The notes under the pieces are model-generated. The model did no database searches, was not told the origin of the DNA, and was given only the letters and a program-made list of their open reading frames with translations. The position numbers and the translations under genes were made by a program. 64,000 nt of DNA, taken from IMG/VR virus record IMGVR_UViG_2595698595_000001, positions 128,001-192,000 of that record; one strand, written 5' to 3'. The DNA comes from a virus. Lineage: Duplodnaviria; Caudoviricetes. The first letter of the stretch is position 1. Each line of letters opens with the position of its first letter. Positions 48,008-57,437 of the stretch are shown here, piece by piece.

Positions 48008-48712
48008 ATGAATACTATTTACAATCACCCATGTACTAATGAAGAACTTTTAACTATCGCTCTAGACAGAGTTAACTCTAACATTAAAGGAAAATGGCTT
48101 CATGTTTCAAGTCAATTCAATAACTTTGACAATGATTTTGAATACTATCTAGAAAAACCTATCTATACAGAATTCAAAGACAAATACGGAAACATTAATA
48201 CTGGTTATATTACTGTAATCGAATGTGAGAAATCACTATTCATTAATAAGTGGGAATTCAGTTTATTAGTAATATCTTCAGAAGGTCATGACAAAACTGT
48301 TACAAAAACGAATTCAGGTTTTCATTATACGAAAACTGATAACATAAAAGATCATTATCTTTTCAATTCTAGAAATGCTGTTGTAAGCTGTTCTAAACGT
48401 AACACTTTAAACAAAGCTGATTGGGATTTAATCGTTAGCATAACTAAAACTTTGAAAGTTGACGATTTCTTAAATTCTGGAAATGTATCACCTGAAACTA
48501 AACGTGATATAGTTAATAACAGAATTACATCAGATGGTGGAAATGTTACCTTTCATGATCATGATGATTTGATTCTTTTCACAGAACCGGATAATAGTAA
48601 GGTTTACACTTACTTAGATGTTGAACCTTCTGAAATGTTTCCAGATGGAAAACATAAGTTTCTAGCATCTAACGAACAAATAGATATCGCTTACAATAAA
48701 ATCGTAAAATAA
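48008..48712 (+). CDS. hypothetical early protein
   Basis: TTTCAACT-ATG; single gene between two cassettes. Confidence 0.6.
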   Translation: MNTIYNHPCTNEELLTIALDRVNSNIKGKWLHVSSQFNNFDNDFEYYLEKPIYTEFKDKYGNINTGYITVIECEKSLFINKWEFSLLVISSEGHDKTVTKTNSGFHYTKTDNIKDHYLFNSRNAVVSCSKRNTLNKADWDLIVSITKTLKVDDFLNSGNVSPETKRDIVNNRITSDGGNVTFHDHDDLILFTEPDNSKVYTYLDVEPSEMFPDGKHKFLASNEQIDIAYNKIVK

Positions 48713-48715
48713 ATC

Positions 48716-48759
48716 AGAAACCCATGTAACTGAAACTTACATGGGTTTCTTAGTATAAT
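48716..48759 (+). promoter_or_regulatory. hairpin promoter cassette, type A
   Basis: AGAAACCCATGTAA-CTGAAAC-TTACATGGGTTTCT-TAGTATAAT. Confidence 0.8.
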
Positions 48760-48788
48760 ATTTCTTTATCAATGGTATATTAAACATC

Positions 48789-49163
48789 ATGAAATTCGAA
48801 ACAGTTACATTAGGTATTTCAAATAAGGAAATCGAAAGTCTAAAGACTTATAATATAGACCCTCAAACAGAACTTAAACGTAGACTTCTTGAAGAATTTG
48901 CAGCAGAGTTAGCTAATACTGAATTAGATTTGACAAAGGATCATATAGTCAAACTATCAGTTGAAGAATCTGAATATGTTAACTTTCATCACTTACAAGT
49001 TGGCGAAACCTATCATGTTGTAAATGGTTGTTGGGATTTCAAAGTTCTTGAATTACATGAAAAGTCTGTTAAGATTCTTATATACGATGGTGATGACACT
49101 GAAAAGACTTGGACTAGAAATGAATTTTCTTCTAACAACGTAACATTATCATCAAATGATTAA
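48789..49163 (+). CDS. hypothetical protein
   Basis: ORF. Confidence 0.55.
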   Translation: MKFETVTLGISNKEIESLKTYNIDPQTELKRRLLEEFAAELANTELDLTKDHIVKLSVEESEYVNFHHLQVGETYHVVNGCWDFKVLELHEKSVKILIYDGDDTEKTWTRNEFSSNNVTLSSND

Positions 49164-49467
49164 ATTCGTAAAATCTTTATTCGAACCTAAACCGTTCACT
49201 ATCGAAACTCTTATAGCTGATTCAGACGGAACTTGGAATGTTTCTGTATCAAGATTATCAGAAAACTCTTATTCGTATAAAGCTGCTGGATATTTCTTTA
49301 GTTCACATAATAACGAAATAATAGATATTGACAAAGTTAAGAAAGTCATGAAGAAATCTAGATGGGGTTATCTAGCAATTGAACGTGACGGTAAGATGAA
49401 AACATTTACAGATTCTGATAAAATTCGAGAGTTTCTTAAATCGAATGAACATTTAATTCAAAGATAA
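49156..49467 (+). CDS. hypothetical protein
   Basis: ORF. Confidence 0.55.
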   Translation: MIKFVKSLFEPKPFTIETLIADSDGTWNVSVSRLSENSYSYKAAGYFFSSHNNEIIDIDKVKKVMKKSRWGYLAIERDGKMKTFTDSDKIREFLKSNEHLIQR

Positions 49468-49814
49468 TGAATACAATATACTTTAGAGGTAAAGACATTT
49501 TAACAGGATCATGGGTTTACGGTTACTACTATAAACATAATGAAGTTCATGGTATATTTACACCCGGTCGAGGTTCTGAAAGAGTAACTTTAGAAACTGT
49601 TGGTCAACTAGTTTACGAATTAGATGATACTATGGTTTTCGTTGGTGATATTATGACTAATCCGAGAGGTCAGAAATTTGAAGTCGTAATATACGACAAC
49701 TTACCTAGCCTTAAACCAATCGATAGACAACAGTATAATGCTATGTCTAACGGTTATATGCAGAACAAAACATTGATTGGAAACAAATTCGATAATCCTG
49801 AATTACTTAAATAA
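49467..49814 (+). CDS. YopX-family protein
   Basis: I.FRGK...WVYG, TVGQ, VFVGDI, IGNKFDNPELL. Confidence 0.8.
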   Translation: MNTIYFRGKDILTGSWVYGYYYKHNEVHGIFTPGRGSERVTLETVGQLVYELDDTMVFVGDIMTNPRGQKFEVVIYDNLPSLKPIDRQQYNAMSNGYMQNKTLIGNKFDNPELLK

Positions 49815-50047
49815 TGAAACCAGAAAATTTCGATATAGAAAAAGTAAAAGAACATTTACAAGGTACTTGCATGTCTTTAGATGAAGGCTTATCAGACTTA
49901 TATCCAGACATGGATCAGTTTGACTTAGAAATGTCAGATCATGAAGCTATAGACATGGAAATGTTTAGATGTGATGGTTGTGGATGGTGGTTTGATAACT
50001 CAGAAATGGGTGAAGAAGAATGTCAAGATTGTGAAGAAACAGAATAA
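49814..50047 (+). CDS. acidic zinc-ribbon protein
   Basis: FRCDGCGWW...CQDC. Confidence 0.65.
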   Translation: MKPENFDIEKVKEHLQGTCMSLDEGLSDLYPDMDQFDLEMSDHEAIDMEMFRCDGCGWWFDNSEMGEEECQDCEETE

Positions 50048-50049
50048 AA

Positions 50050-50577
50050 ATGAAAAACGAATCAAAAACTATATCAGCTAAAGCTATAGCAACTGGAAAG
50101 GTTTATCATTCAGGTGAAAATAAATGCATCAGACTAAAAGATTTAACAATCGGGGAATTAGCTGACAAACTTAAAACTTCTTCAGATTTTCGAGATAATT
50201 CAGAATCGTATCATTTTCGCTTGTTCTCTGATAACGAAATTGAAATGATAAGGGATAATTATCCACATTTATTAGAAGGTCATGAAGTTATCGACATACC
50301 CTTAGAAGTAGGTTACTGTGTGATTGATAGAGAAATTGATCAGTTATACAAGATTTATAGAAATGATATAATATCCGAAGAAGATGGAGAACTTTATACA
50401 GTTGTTAGAAAGTATAACGGTTCTAATCTTAAATCGATTATGAACGGATTTTCTTCTGAATTGTATTTTGTTAAATCCTCAAAACTTGAATTCATTTCTA
50501 CCGAAGAACTTAGAAATCTTAGAAATCTTGGATATCATATGAAACATGATCGCGGTGATTCATATCTAGTTTGCTAG
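50050..50577 (+). CDS. divergent YopX-like protein
   Basis: ISAKAI.TGK, VGY..D, KIYRNDII echo the YopX pattern. Confidence 0.45.
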   Translation: MKNESKTISAKAIATGKVYHSGENKCIRLKDLTIGELADKLKTSSDFRDNSESYHFRLFSDNEIEMIRDNYPHLLEGHEVIDIPLEVGYCVIDREIDQLYKIYRNDIISEEDGELYTVVRKYNGSNLKSIMNGFSSELYFVKSSKLEFISTEELRNLRNLGYHMKHDRGDSYLVC

Positions 50578-50608
50578 ATTATACATATTACTGATACTTA
50601 TTTTTAAC

Positions 50609-51604
50609 ATGACCGATAAAAAATATACTGCTGTAAACTGGAACAATCCAGATAACGATTATGCCCAAATGTTCTGGGATCAAAATATTAAACAATTCTG
50701 GATCGATACAGAATATGTACCTTCTAACGATATAACTTCTTGGAAGTCGTTAGAACCTGAAATGAAGAAAACATACATGAGAGCTTTAGGAGGTCTTACA
50801 TTACTTGACACTTTACAAAGTCATACAGGTATGCCTAAGATCATAGATCATATCGACTCTCTACAAAACAAAGCTGTATTATCGTATATGTGTATGATGG
50901 AAGCGATACATGCTAAATCATACTCAACGATATTTACAACAGTAGCTAATAAAGATGAAATCGATGAAATCTTTAGTTGGATAACTACAAACCCTCAGAT
51001 TCAATATAAAGCTAGTGTTATCGATTCTTACTATCAAAAGTTAGCAAATCCTGAAGTCGATCCAAAGGATTTATTCATGGGGTTAGCTGCATCAGTAATG
51101 TTAGAATCATTTCTATTTTATTCTGGATTCTTTTTACCATTATATCTTTCTGGTAACGGTAAGATGAAAGCTTCAGCTGATATCATTAAGAAAATCGTAG
51201 CTGATGAATCTATTCATGGTGTATTCGTTGGATTACTTGCACAAGAAGTTTACAACACTTTCGATGATACTACAAAGAAAGAATTAAAAGATGAACTGTT
51301 AAGAACTATTTACAGTTTATACGAAAACGAAGCTAAGTATACTGATTACATTTATACCGAAGTTGGATTATCTTCAGATGTAAAAGAATACGTTAAATAC
51401 AATGCTAATAAAGCTTTGATGAATCTTGGATTCGATCCAGAATTCACACATGGTGAAATAAATCCAATCGTATTGAATGGACTTAACACCGAAACAACTC
51501 AACATGATTTCTTTTCTATGAAATCTACTAATTACGAAATGGCTATTAATGTAAAACCAGTACATAATGAAGATTTCGAATTAGACTTAAGCTGTCCAAT
51601 CTAG
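50609..51604 (+). CDS. nrdF: class Ib ribonucleotide reductase beta subunit
   Basis: AVNWN, QFW, GGLTLLDTLQ, MEAIHAKSYS, LESFLFYSGF, DESIHG, HDFFS. Confidence 0.96.
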   Translation: MTDKKYTAVNWNNPDNDYAQMFWDQNIKQFWIDTEYVPSNDITSWKSLEPEMKKTYMRALGGLTLLDTLQSHTGMPKIIDHIDSLQNKAVLSYMCMMEAIHAKSYSTIFTTVANKDEIDEIFSWITTNPQIQYKASVIDSYYQKLANPEVDPKDLFMGLAASVMLESFLFYSGFFLPLYLSGNGKMKASADIIKKIVADESIHGVFVGLLAQEVYNTFDDTTKKELKDELLRTIYSLYENEAKYTDYIYTEVGLSSDVKEYVKYNANKALMNLGFDPEFTHGEINPIVLNGLNTETTQHDFFSMKSTNYEMAINVKPVHNEDFELDLSCPI

Positions 51605-51648
51605 GCAAATTATCAATCGACGTTTTGGAACAACGTTCATATCCTTCG

Positions 51649-51678
51649 AACCCTTACATTAACTTGTAAGGGTTTTTC
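51649..51678 (+). terminator. intrinsic terminator
   Basis: AACCCTTACA-TTAACT-TGTAAGGGTT followed by TTT. Confidence 0.75.
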
Positions 51679-51694
51679 TGTTTATACATAATCT

Positions 51695-52936
51695 ATGATA
51701 GGAATATTAAACGATAGTAATTTTTCTTTAGCTAGTCTTGATAACGTTCATAACTATGAACTTATGGTTAGGGCTATAGCTAATAAAACTGTAACACATC
51801 ACGTTTCAGCAATTGAAAGATTCAAATCAAGCCCTTACGTAGACGATCCATTATTTCTAGGATATCGACCACTGTTTCATTATACGGTAAATTCTGGATT
51901 ATTAGCACCAGAGGAATTCACAGATTCAGCTTTAGCTTATCTGAAAAGAATCGGTGAGGAAACTAGATATGAAGCGTTAAAACAGTTTATCAGACAATTA
52001 CAAAAAGTTAATGTCGATATGCCATACATGTTTCAAACTATCGAAGGGTTAGCAGAAGCTAAGAATAACTTCAATAAAACTATATTGAAAGAAAACAATA
52101 TAATTTCTTTTGGTATGCTTGAAACTTTAGATATGCGAATTCAAGGATTGATTCAATCTTATCAAAACATAGCATATGATTCGATAAGACATGTATGGGT
52201 TCTTCCAAGAAATCTTAGACAATTTTCTATATCTATTGTCGTATATCCTATCGGTGTTTATAATGTTGGAACTAATCTTGAAGCTGAATCAATCCCAAAC
52301 GCTAAATCGGATGGAACTGGATTCAAGAAACCTGCTGACAATATTTTAGCGTTTAATCATTTAATGTTTGAATTCGCTCAATGTGAATTCGATATTGAAA
52401 GTTCAGGGCAGACATTTATAGAAAGTGTTAATAACGCTGAGATAGAAATGGCTACAACTTCATTAGCTTTCAAATATACTAGAGTAAGACAATCCGGTGT
52501 ATTCAAATCTTTACTTGGTCAAAAAGTAATATCACCTTCCTCTTTCGCTATCATAAATGCTGTAAAAGAAAAACAATCAGGTAACAGAATTCTCAATTTT
52601 GTTAAGGATGCAGCAGCACCAGTTCTAAGAGATATAAATCAGTTAAAGGAAAGATTCAAATCGTTAGAAGATTTCAAAGCTGGTTTCGGTGAACTATTTG
52701 GATCAGCTAGAGAATATCTTGAAAGGAACGCACAAGCCTTTCTAACGAATCAAATCAATAGATTATATCTTGGAAACGTTTACGAAACTTCACCCGCTGA
52801 TATAGTAGCTATGGCTAATTCTAGAACATTTGAAAATCTATTGATAAATTCTGGAAGAGCCTTTAATAACGATTCTAGACGTGGAACTTCTGGACAAGGT
52901 ACACCACCAAACGAAAACATATATGGACAATCTTAA
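51695..52936 (+). CDS. putative virion (tail/baseplate) protein
   Basis: First gene of the late-type block, after TATACATA at 51683. Confidence 0.5.
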   Translation: MIGILNDSNFSLASLDNVHNYELMVRAIANKTVTHHVSAIERFKSSPYVDDPLFLGYRPLFHYTVNSGLLAPEEFTDSALAYLKRIGEETRYEALKQFIRQLQKVNVDMPYMFQTIEGLAEAKNNFNKTILKENNIISFGMLETLDMRIQGLIQSYQNIAYDSIRHVWVLPRNLRQFSISIVVYPIGVYNVGTNLEAESIPNAKSDGTGFKKPADNILAFNHLMFEFAQCEFDIESSGQTFIESVNNAEIEMATTSLAFKYTRVRQSGVFKSLLGQKVISPSSFAIINAVKEKQSGNRILNFVKDAAAPVLRDINQLKERFKSLEDFKAGFGELFGSAREYLERNAQAFLTNQINRLYLGNVYETSPADIVAMANSRTFENLLINSGRAFNNDSRRGTSGQGTPPNENIYGQS

Positions 52937-53141
52937 TAATGCTTTAAATCGTTTACAGGAAAGTACTAAACGGTTAAATGCTTCATATGAATCAATAATA
53001 AAACGATTCGATGAATTAGATGAAAGTATTTCAGAATTGAAGAATCTAAATACTGAAATATTGTTCAAATCTGTAACTAAGTTACATGAAGTCGAAACAG
53101 AATTACATAAACAAATAACAGAAATCAAACAACTAATATAA
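52923..53141 (+). CDS. coiled-coil small protein
   Basis: Heptad pattern; ATG 52923 preferred. Confidence 0.5.
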   Translation: MDNLNNALNRLQESTKRLNASYESIIKRFDELDESISELKNLNTEILFKSVTKLHEVETELHKQITEIKQLI

Positions 53142-53143
53142 AA

Positions 53144-55153
53144 ATGAAAACTCAGAAACTATTAATATCGTTAGTTCTATTTATTACGACATTAACGACA
53201 TTCGCTCAAAACGATTTGAAAGTTCGTACAAGATCAGCAGATGGATATCTTCAAACTGATTACTTTCTAAACGTTCCAAAAAGATTAACAATTCCTTCAG
53301 GTCCTACTGAAACATTAAATTCGAGTTTAATCGATACTACTAAACAAGCTTCATTATTCTTCAACACTACAACTAAGAAACTTAGAGCATTCGATCCAGT
53401 TGGAATGTCATGGGCTGATGTTGTAGCTGGAGGAAGTGACAGTCCTATTAAACTTAACAATAGCACTATTTACGATTCTAGAACTTCTAATTACTCAAAC
53501 AATAACAGTATTTTTCTAGGTGATATGGCTGGAAGAAATGCCACTAATGCTAACAATTCGATAATACTTGGTTATTATTCTGGTAATAATGCAACTAATT
53601 CTAGAAATTCTGTATTTATTGGTAACAGTACAGGTAATGGTGCTACAGCCGCAAACGAATCTGTATTTCTAGGTAGCTACGCAGGTGATGGTGCTACAGG
53701 TGCACATAGCTCAATAATGTTAGGAGAAAATGCAGGTTATAATGCAACAGGTGCTAGTATGTCTATTCTTTTAGGGAAACAGGCAGGTAAAGGTTTTACT
53801 GATAATGGTAATGTAAATACTATAGGAACTAATAATATCATCATTGGTAGAAATATATCATTACCAAACGCATTCACGAATGGTATAAATATCGGTGGTA
53901 TTCTTTTTGGTACTGGAACTAATGCTATTACAGGACTTAATCCAGTAATAACCCCAGTAATTGGTGGTAAAATTGGTATAGGTGTTATACCAACAACTAG
54001 TACTTTTGAAGTTGCTGGAACTGGTTCGTTTACTGGAACTGTTAAAGGTTCTAACGCAATAAATGCTAACGAATTCGCAACAAAAGGTCAAATGGACGCT
54101 CAATCAGTTATAGAAGGTGTTGACGTCAGTGGTAGATTAGCTTATAGATTGAGAGGTATTGGAGCGTTAGCTGGTGGTGCTGGATCAATAAATCTTTCAT
54201 CTGCTCCAGTTAGTCAAGCTGTTGGTGAAAATTCAGTAATCATAGGTGTTGGTGCTGCTGATGCAACATCGTCAATAAAAGCCAATGGGAACAATTCCGT
54301 TATCATTGGAGGTAATGCAGGACAGGGTGGTACATTAAGTACAACAGGTAACGGTATTTTATTAGGAGGTAATGTATATGCAGGTGGAAAAATATCATCA
54401 AATGGTACGACTATAAAATTAGATGCAGCTAATAGTAATGTAACAAACAATGGTACTATCATAGCATCAAGTATATCACAGGGTACGCATACATTTGAGT
54501 CAGCTACATCGATTTTTTCATCATATTTAACGTCACCTTCGTTCGAATTTAATCTTAGACCTAATATACTTTTGGGTGTTAGATTTGATAGAGGTGCTAT
54601 TAAACTAGGTAAAGGTACAAACGAAGACAGTGAATCAAATGCTACTATGATAGGTGGGTATTATCATGCTAGTATCTCAGACATGTCAACCAATATAACA
54701 TCAAATGGTAGAGGTAATGTCATCATTGGAGGTTTTGAACAAACATCATCTACTAACAAAACTATTAATAAATTTGCATACGGTAATGGTTCAGTTTTAC
54801 TTGGTGGTACTGGATTACAATCTAATACACATGCGGCTGTTACTATGGGTGTATATAACGATCCAATAATAACAACTAAACGAAACAGTTATGTTGCTAC
54901 TGATCCTATTTTCATAATAGGTAATGGTACAAGTGATGTAGCACGTAGTAATTCGTACGTGATGCATGGTAACGGTAATTCTTTACAGATTGGAACAGCT
55001 ACAGCTAAACAATTTAACGTATCTAATCTTAATGAAGCACCAACCTCAGCTACAGACACAGGTACGATAGGTGAGATAAGAATAACAGCTGATTACATTT
55101 ACATATGCGTTGGTGCTAACGAATGGAAACGTACAGCATTATCAACTTGGTAA
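53144..55153 (+). CDS. fibre/adhesin-like Gly/Asn-rich repeat protein with N-terminal signal peptide
   Basis: 17-aa repeats NS(I/V)FLG..AG.NAT.A; SVIIGG repeats; C-terminal GTIGEIRITADYIYICV...WKR fibre-tip motif. Confidence 0.65.
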   Translation: MKTQKLLISLVLFITTLTTFAQNDLKVRTRSADGYLQTDYFLNVPKRLTIPSGPTETLNSSLIDTTKQASLFFNTTTKKLRAFDPVGMSWADVVAGGSDSPIKLNNSTIYDSRTSNYSNNNSIFLGDMAGRNATNANNSIILGYYSGNNATNSRNSVFIGNSTGNGATAANESVFLGSYAGDGATGAHSSIMLGENAGYNATGASMSILLGKQAGKGFTDNGNVNTIGTNNIIIGRNISLPNAFTNGINIGGILFGTGTNAITGLNPVITPVIGGKIGIGVIPTTSTFEVAGTGSFTGTVKGSNAINANEFATKGQMDAQSVIEGVDVSGRLAYRLRGIGALAGGAGSINLSSAPVSQAVGENSVIIGVGAADATSSIKANGNNSVIIGGNAGQGGTLSTTGNGILLGGNVYAGGKISSNGTTIKLDAANSNVTNNGTIIASSISQGTHTFESATSIFSSYLTSPSFEFNLRPNILLGVRFDRGAIKLGKGTNEDSESNATMIGGYYHASISDMSTNITSNGRGNVIIGGFEQTSSTNKTINKFAYGNGSVLLGGTGLQSNTHAAVTMGVYNDPIITTKRNSYVATDPIFIIGNGTSDVARSNSYVMHGNGNSLQIGTATAKQFNVSNLNEAPTSATDTGTIGEIRITADYIYICVGANEWKRTALSTW

Positions 55154-55186
55154 AAATATACATATATCAATTAAACAAAATAGACC

Positions 55187-55711
55187 ATGAAAAGTTTTAT
55201 AGTTAAGCATTTAGTTTTCGATTGGAAATTCAAAACTAATGTATTCTTCATTTTTGCAAATATTTTCATATTTGCTGTTCCACATGCTTATATTACGTCA
55301 TTACGTGTTGGAAACATATTCGCATGTTCTGTAGCATTACTGTATTTGATAGCAATGATTCTAAAGAAACGTGAGAAAGCTGTAATAGTTTCTTCAGTAC
55401 CTAGACCATATCTTATCATATTTGGAGGTCTGTCTATAGTAGCTGCGATTAGTATAGCTTTAGATTTACCGACAATACCAAGTTTTATAGCAGCGTTCTT
55501 AGTATCATGGGTTATCTATTTACTTCCTTTGATTTATCAAAAGATTTTTGGTAGATTCACTTGGAATGATTTAGATGACTCTCAAAAATGGCAATTAGGT
55601 TTAGCTGAAGGTGGTGGTTACATAACTCCTGGAAAGGAAATTATGACGGAAGAAAACTGGAAAGAATGGAGGGATTTAGATCATAAATTTAAACTAGAAT
55701 TATTCGGATAA
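55187..55711 (+). CDS. 4-TM membrane protein
   Basis: Four hydrophobic segments. Confidence 0.6.
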   Translation: MKSFIVKHLVFDWKFKTNVFFIFANIFIFAVPHAYITSLRVGNIFACSVALLYLIAMILKKREKAVIVSSVPRPYLIIFGGLSIVAAISIALDLPTIPSFIAAFLVSWVIYLLPLIYQKIFGRFTWNDLDDSQKWQLGLAEGGGYITPGKEIMTEENWKEWRDLDHKFKLELFG

Positions 55712-55712
55712 A

Positions 55713-56456
55713 ATGTCTCATCAAACATACGGAATTGTAGCAGATATCTCTGACCCTATGAAGAAATCTAGGGTCAGAGTTCGTGTGTTTACTAGAACAG
55801 ATGACGAGAGTAAAATCTCAACAGACCTGTTACCTTGGTACACACTTCATGGTAACACGAATTTACATTCATTACCAGCATTGAACGAAATCGTTAAAGT
55901 ACATTTATACGATGACGATATTCATGTTGGTGAATACGAAAGAATAAAATCAACTTATCTAGCTTTATCTGATGAAGATTACAAATCTGGTAGAATTCTA
56001 TTGTCAGAAAATCTTGACAACTTCGAAGATTCTGGCATAGTAGAAGTATCATATCGTAAAGAAACTGGATTAGAACTACAACTTCGTGAATCTAAAGTAA
56101 CAATTAGAAAGGACGGATCGATTTCGTTATACAATAAAGAATATGACAAGTACATACATCTTTCTAACGAATCGATTTCATTAGGATCGGATCAAAAATC
56201 TGCAGAACCTGGAACTCTTGGTCAGACTAACGTTGATATGCTAAATCAATTAAATGATACTATCAATACGTTAAGAGATGACTTATCAAGCTTTCTTAAG
56301 GATCAAGCTAAATTAGCTTTATCGAATCCTAGAACCGCACATTTAGCAAAGGGTTACATAAAATGTGATGCTACGATAACTAAACTTACATCAACTTTCA
56401 AAAAGAATAGTAGCGATTTCGAAAAGACTAAATCTAAAATAGTAACATTGGATTAA
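55713..56456 (+). CDS. gp5/gpV-like baseplate spike (OB-fold N-terminus)
   Basis: YGIVADISDPMKKSRVRVRVF...LLPW, SLP..NEIV. Confidence 0.7.
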   Translation: MSHQTYGIVADISDPMKKSRVRVRVFTRTDDESKISTDLLPWYTLHGNTNLHSLPALNEIVKVHLYDDDIHVGEYERIKSTYLALSDEDYKSGRILLSENLDNFEDSGIVEVSYRKETGLELQLRESKVTIRKDGSISLYNKEYDKYIHLSNESISLGSDQKSAEPGTLGQTNVDMLNQLNDTINTLRDDLSSFLKDQAKLALSNPRTAHLAKGYIKCDATITKLTSTFKKNSSDFEKTKSKIVTLD

Positions 56457-56471
56457 AATAATACATATATC

Positions 56472-57437
56472 ATGAACACAAATTATTCATTACCTACAGT
56501 TCCAGAAGTTAAATCTAATGTTACATATACATTATCTGAATCAGCTTCAAAGGGTTCTAATTTTGTATTACTAGATCGTAAACTTGACGAACGATTTGAA
56601 ATCGTTAGTGTTCAAGGTAACGTTCATATGATCGTAAGCTCCGTTAAAAGGGAAAACGGTAAAGTATATAACGAAATATATCCAGCTTTATTATCTAACG
56701 TATCTTCAGGTTATGAAATTTCATGTTTATTATATAATCGAAACAATAACAATCTGATACTATCTTCTGAGAATAATTATGATCTGATTTCAAGATTCAT
56801 GATTTTAGCTGAAGAACTTAAATCTCTGTTCAAACAGTTATCTTCAGTTACTCTTAAATTACCTGATGATGCTTATAAGATAGCAGTTCGTAACGGTTTT
56901 ACAGGAACTGAACAACAATGGTTATCTTCGTTAAAAGGTAAGGATGGTATATCTCTTGATCCAGCTTTATATGTTACTTCTATTATCTTTAATCAAACAG
57001 TTAACGATCTTAATGCTAGAATAGATGCTATCGAAATTCCAAGTATATCAATGACATTGAACACTTGGGATAATCAAAGATCATATTCTGAAAACGAATT
57101 CTGTTCTAAAATATTAACTAACGGATTTGAATTAATGTTCAAATCTAAAACTGATGATAATTTAGATAATGATCCTATTTCAGATTCAACTAATTGGGAA
57201 TGTATAAACAATTCTAAAAAGGTAATATTTGATGCTGACAATACTAAAGATGAAACTGAAATAATCGTAGATTCTGAACTAAGATTATTATTCGGTAACT
57301 ATCCTACTGTTAATACTTACGAAGATGGTATCGAACAAATGTCATGTATCGTAAGACGTGAAGTTGACGTTAACGATGATTTAGTTAAACTTATCATAGT
57401 AACAAACAAATTAAATTACAAAATCATATTATCGTAA
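56472..57437 (+). CDS. virion protein with fibre-type AY..AV..GF.GTE..WL.SLKG motif and CBM-like module
   Basis: DAYKIAVRNGFTGTEQQWLSSLKGKDG; W...RSY...FKSK.D.N.D.DP....W. Confidence 0.55.
   Translation: MNTNYSLPTVPEVKSNVTYTLSESASKGSNFVLLDRKLDERFEIVSVQGNVHMIVSSVKRENGKVYNEIYPALLSNVSSGYEISCLLYNRNNNNLILSSENNYDLISRFMILAEELKSLFKQLSSVTLKLPDDAYKIAVRNGFTGTEQQWLSSLKGKDGISLDPALYVTSIIFNQTVNDLNARIDAIEIPSISMTLNTWDNQRSYSENEFCSKILTNGFELMFKSKTDDNLDNDPISDSTNWECINNSKKVIFDADNTKDETEIIVDSELRLLFGNYPTVNTYEDGIEQMSCIVRREVDVNDDLVKLIIVTNKLNYKIILS

Noticed and set aside
14376-48759. Palindromic ~35-bp repeats as a CRISPR array
   Set aside because: Copies are dispersed hundreds to thousands of bases apart, separated by whole genes rather than 30-40 bp spacers. 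No cas genes are present, and each copy ends in a -10-like box.
43940-51604. Firmicutes host inferred from Bacillus-like nrdIEF and TATAAT boxes
   Set aside because: No Shine-Dalgarno sequences before starts, and the lipoprotein/signal peptides and rml genes are Bacteroidota-type. The host remains an inference.
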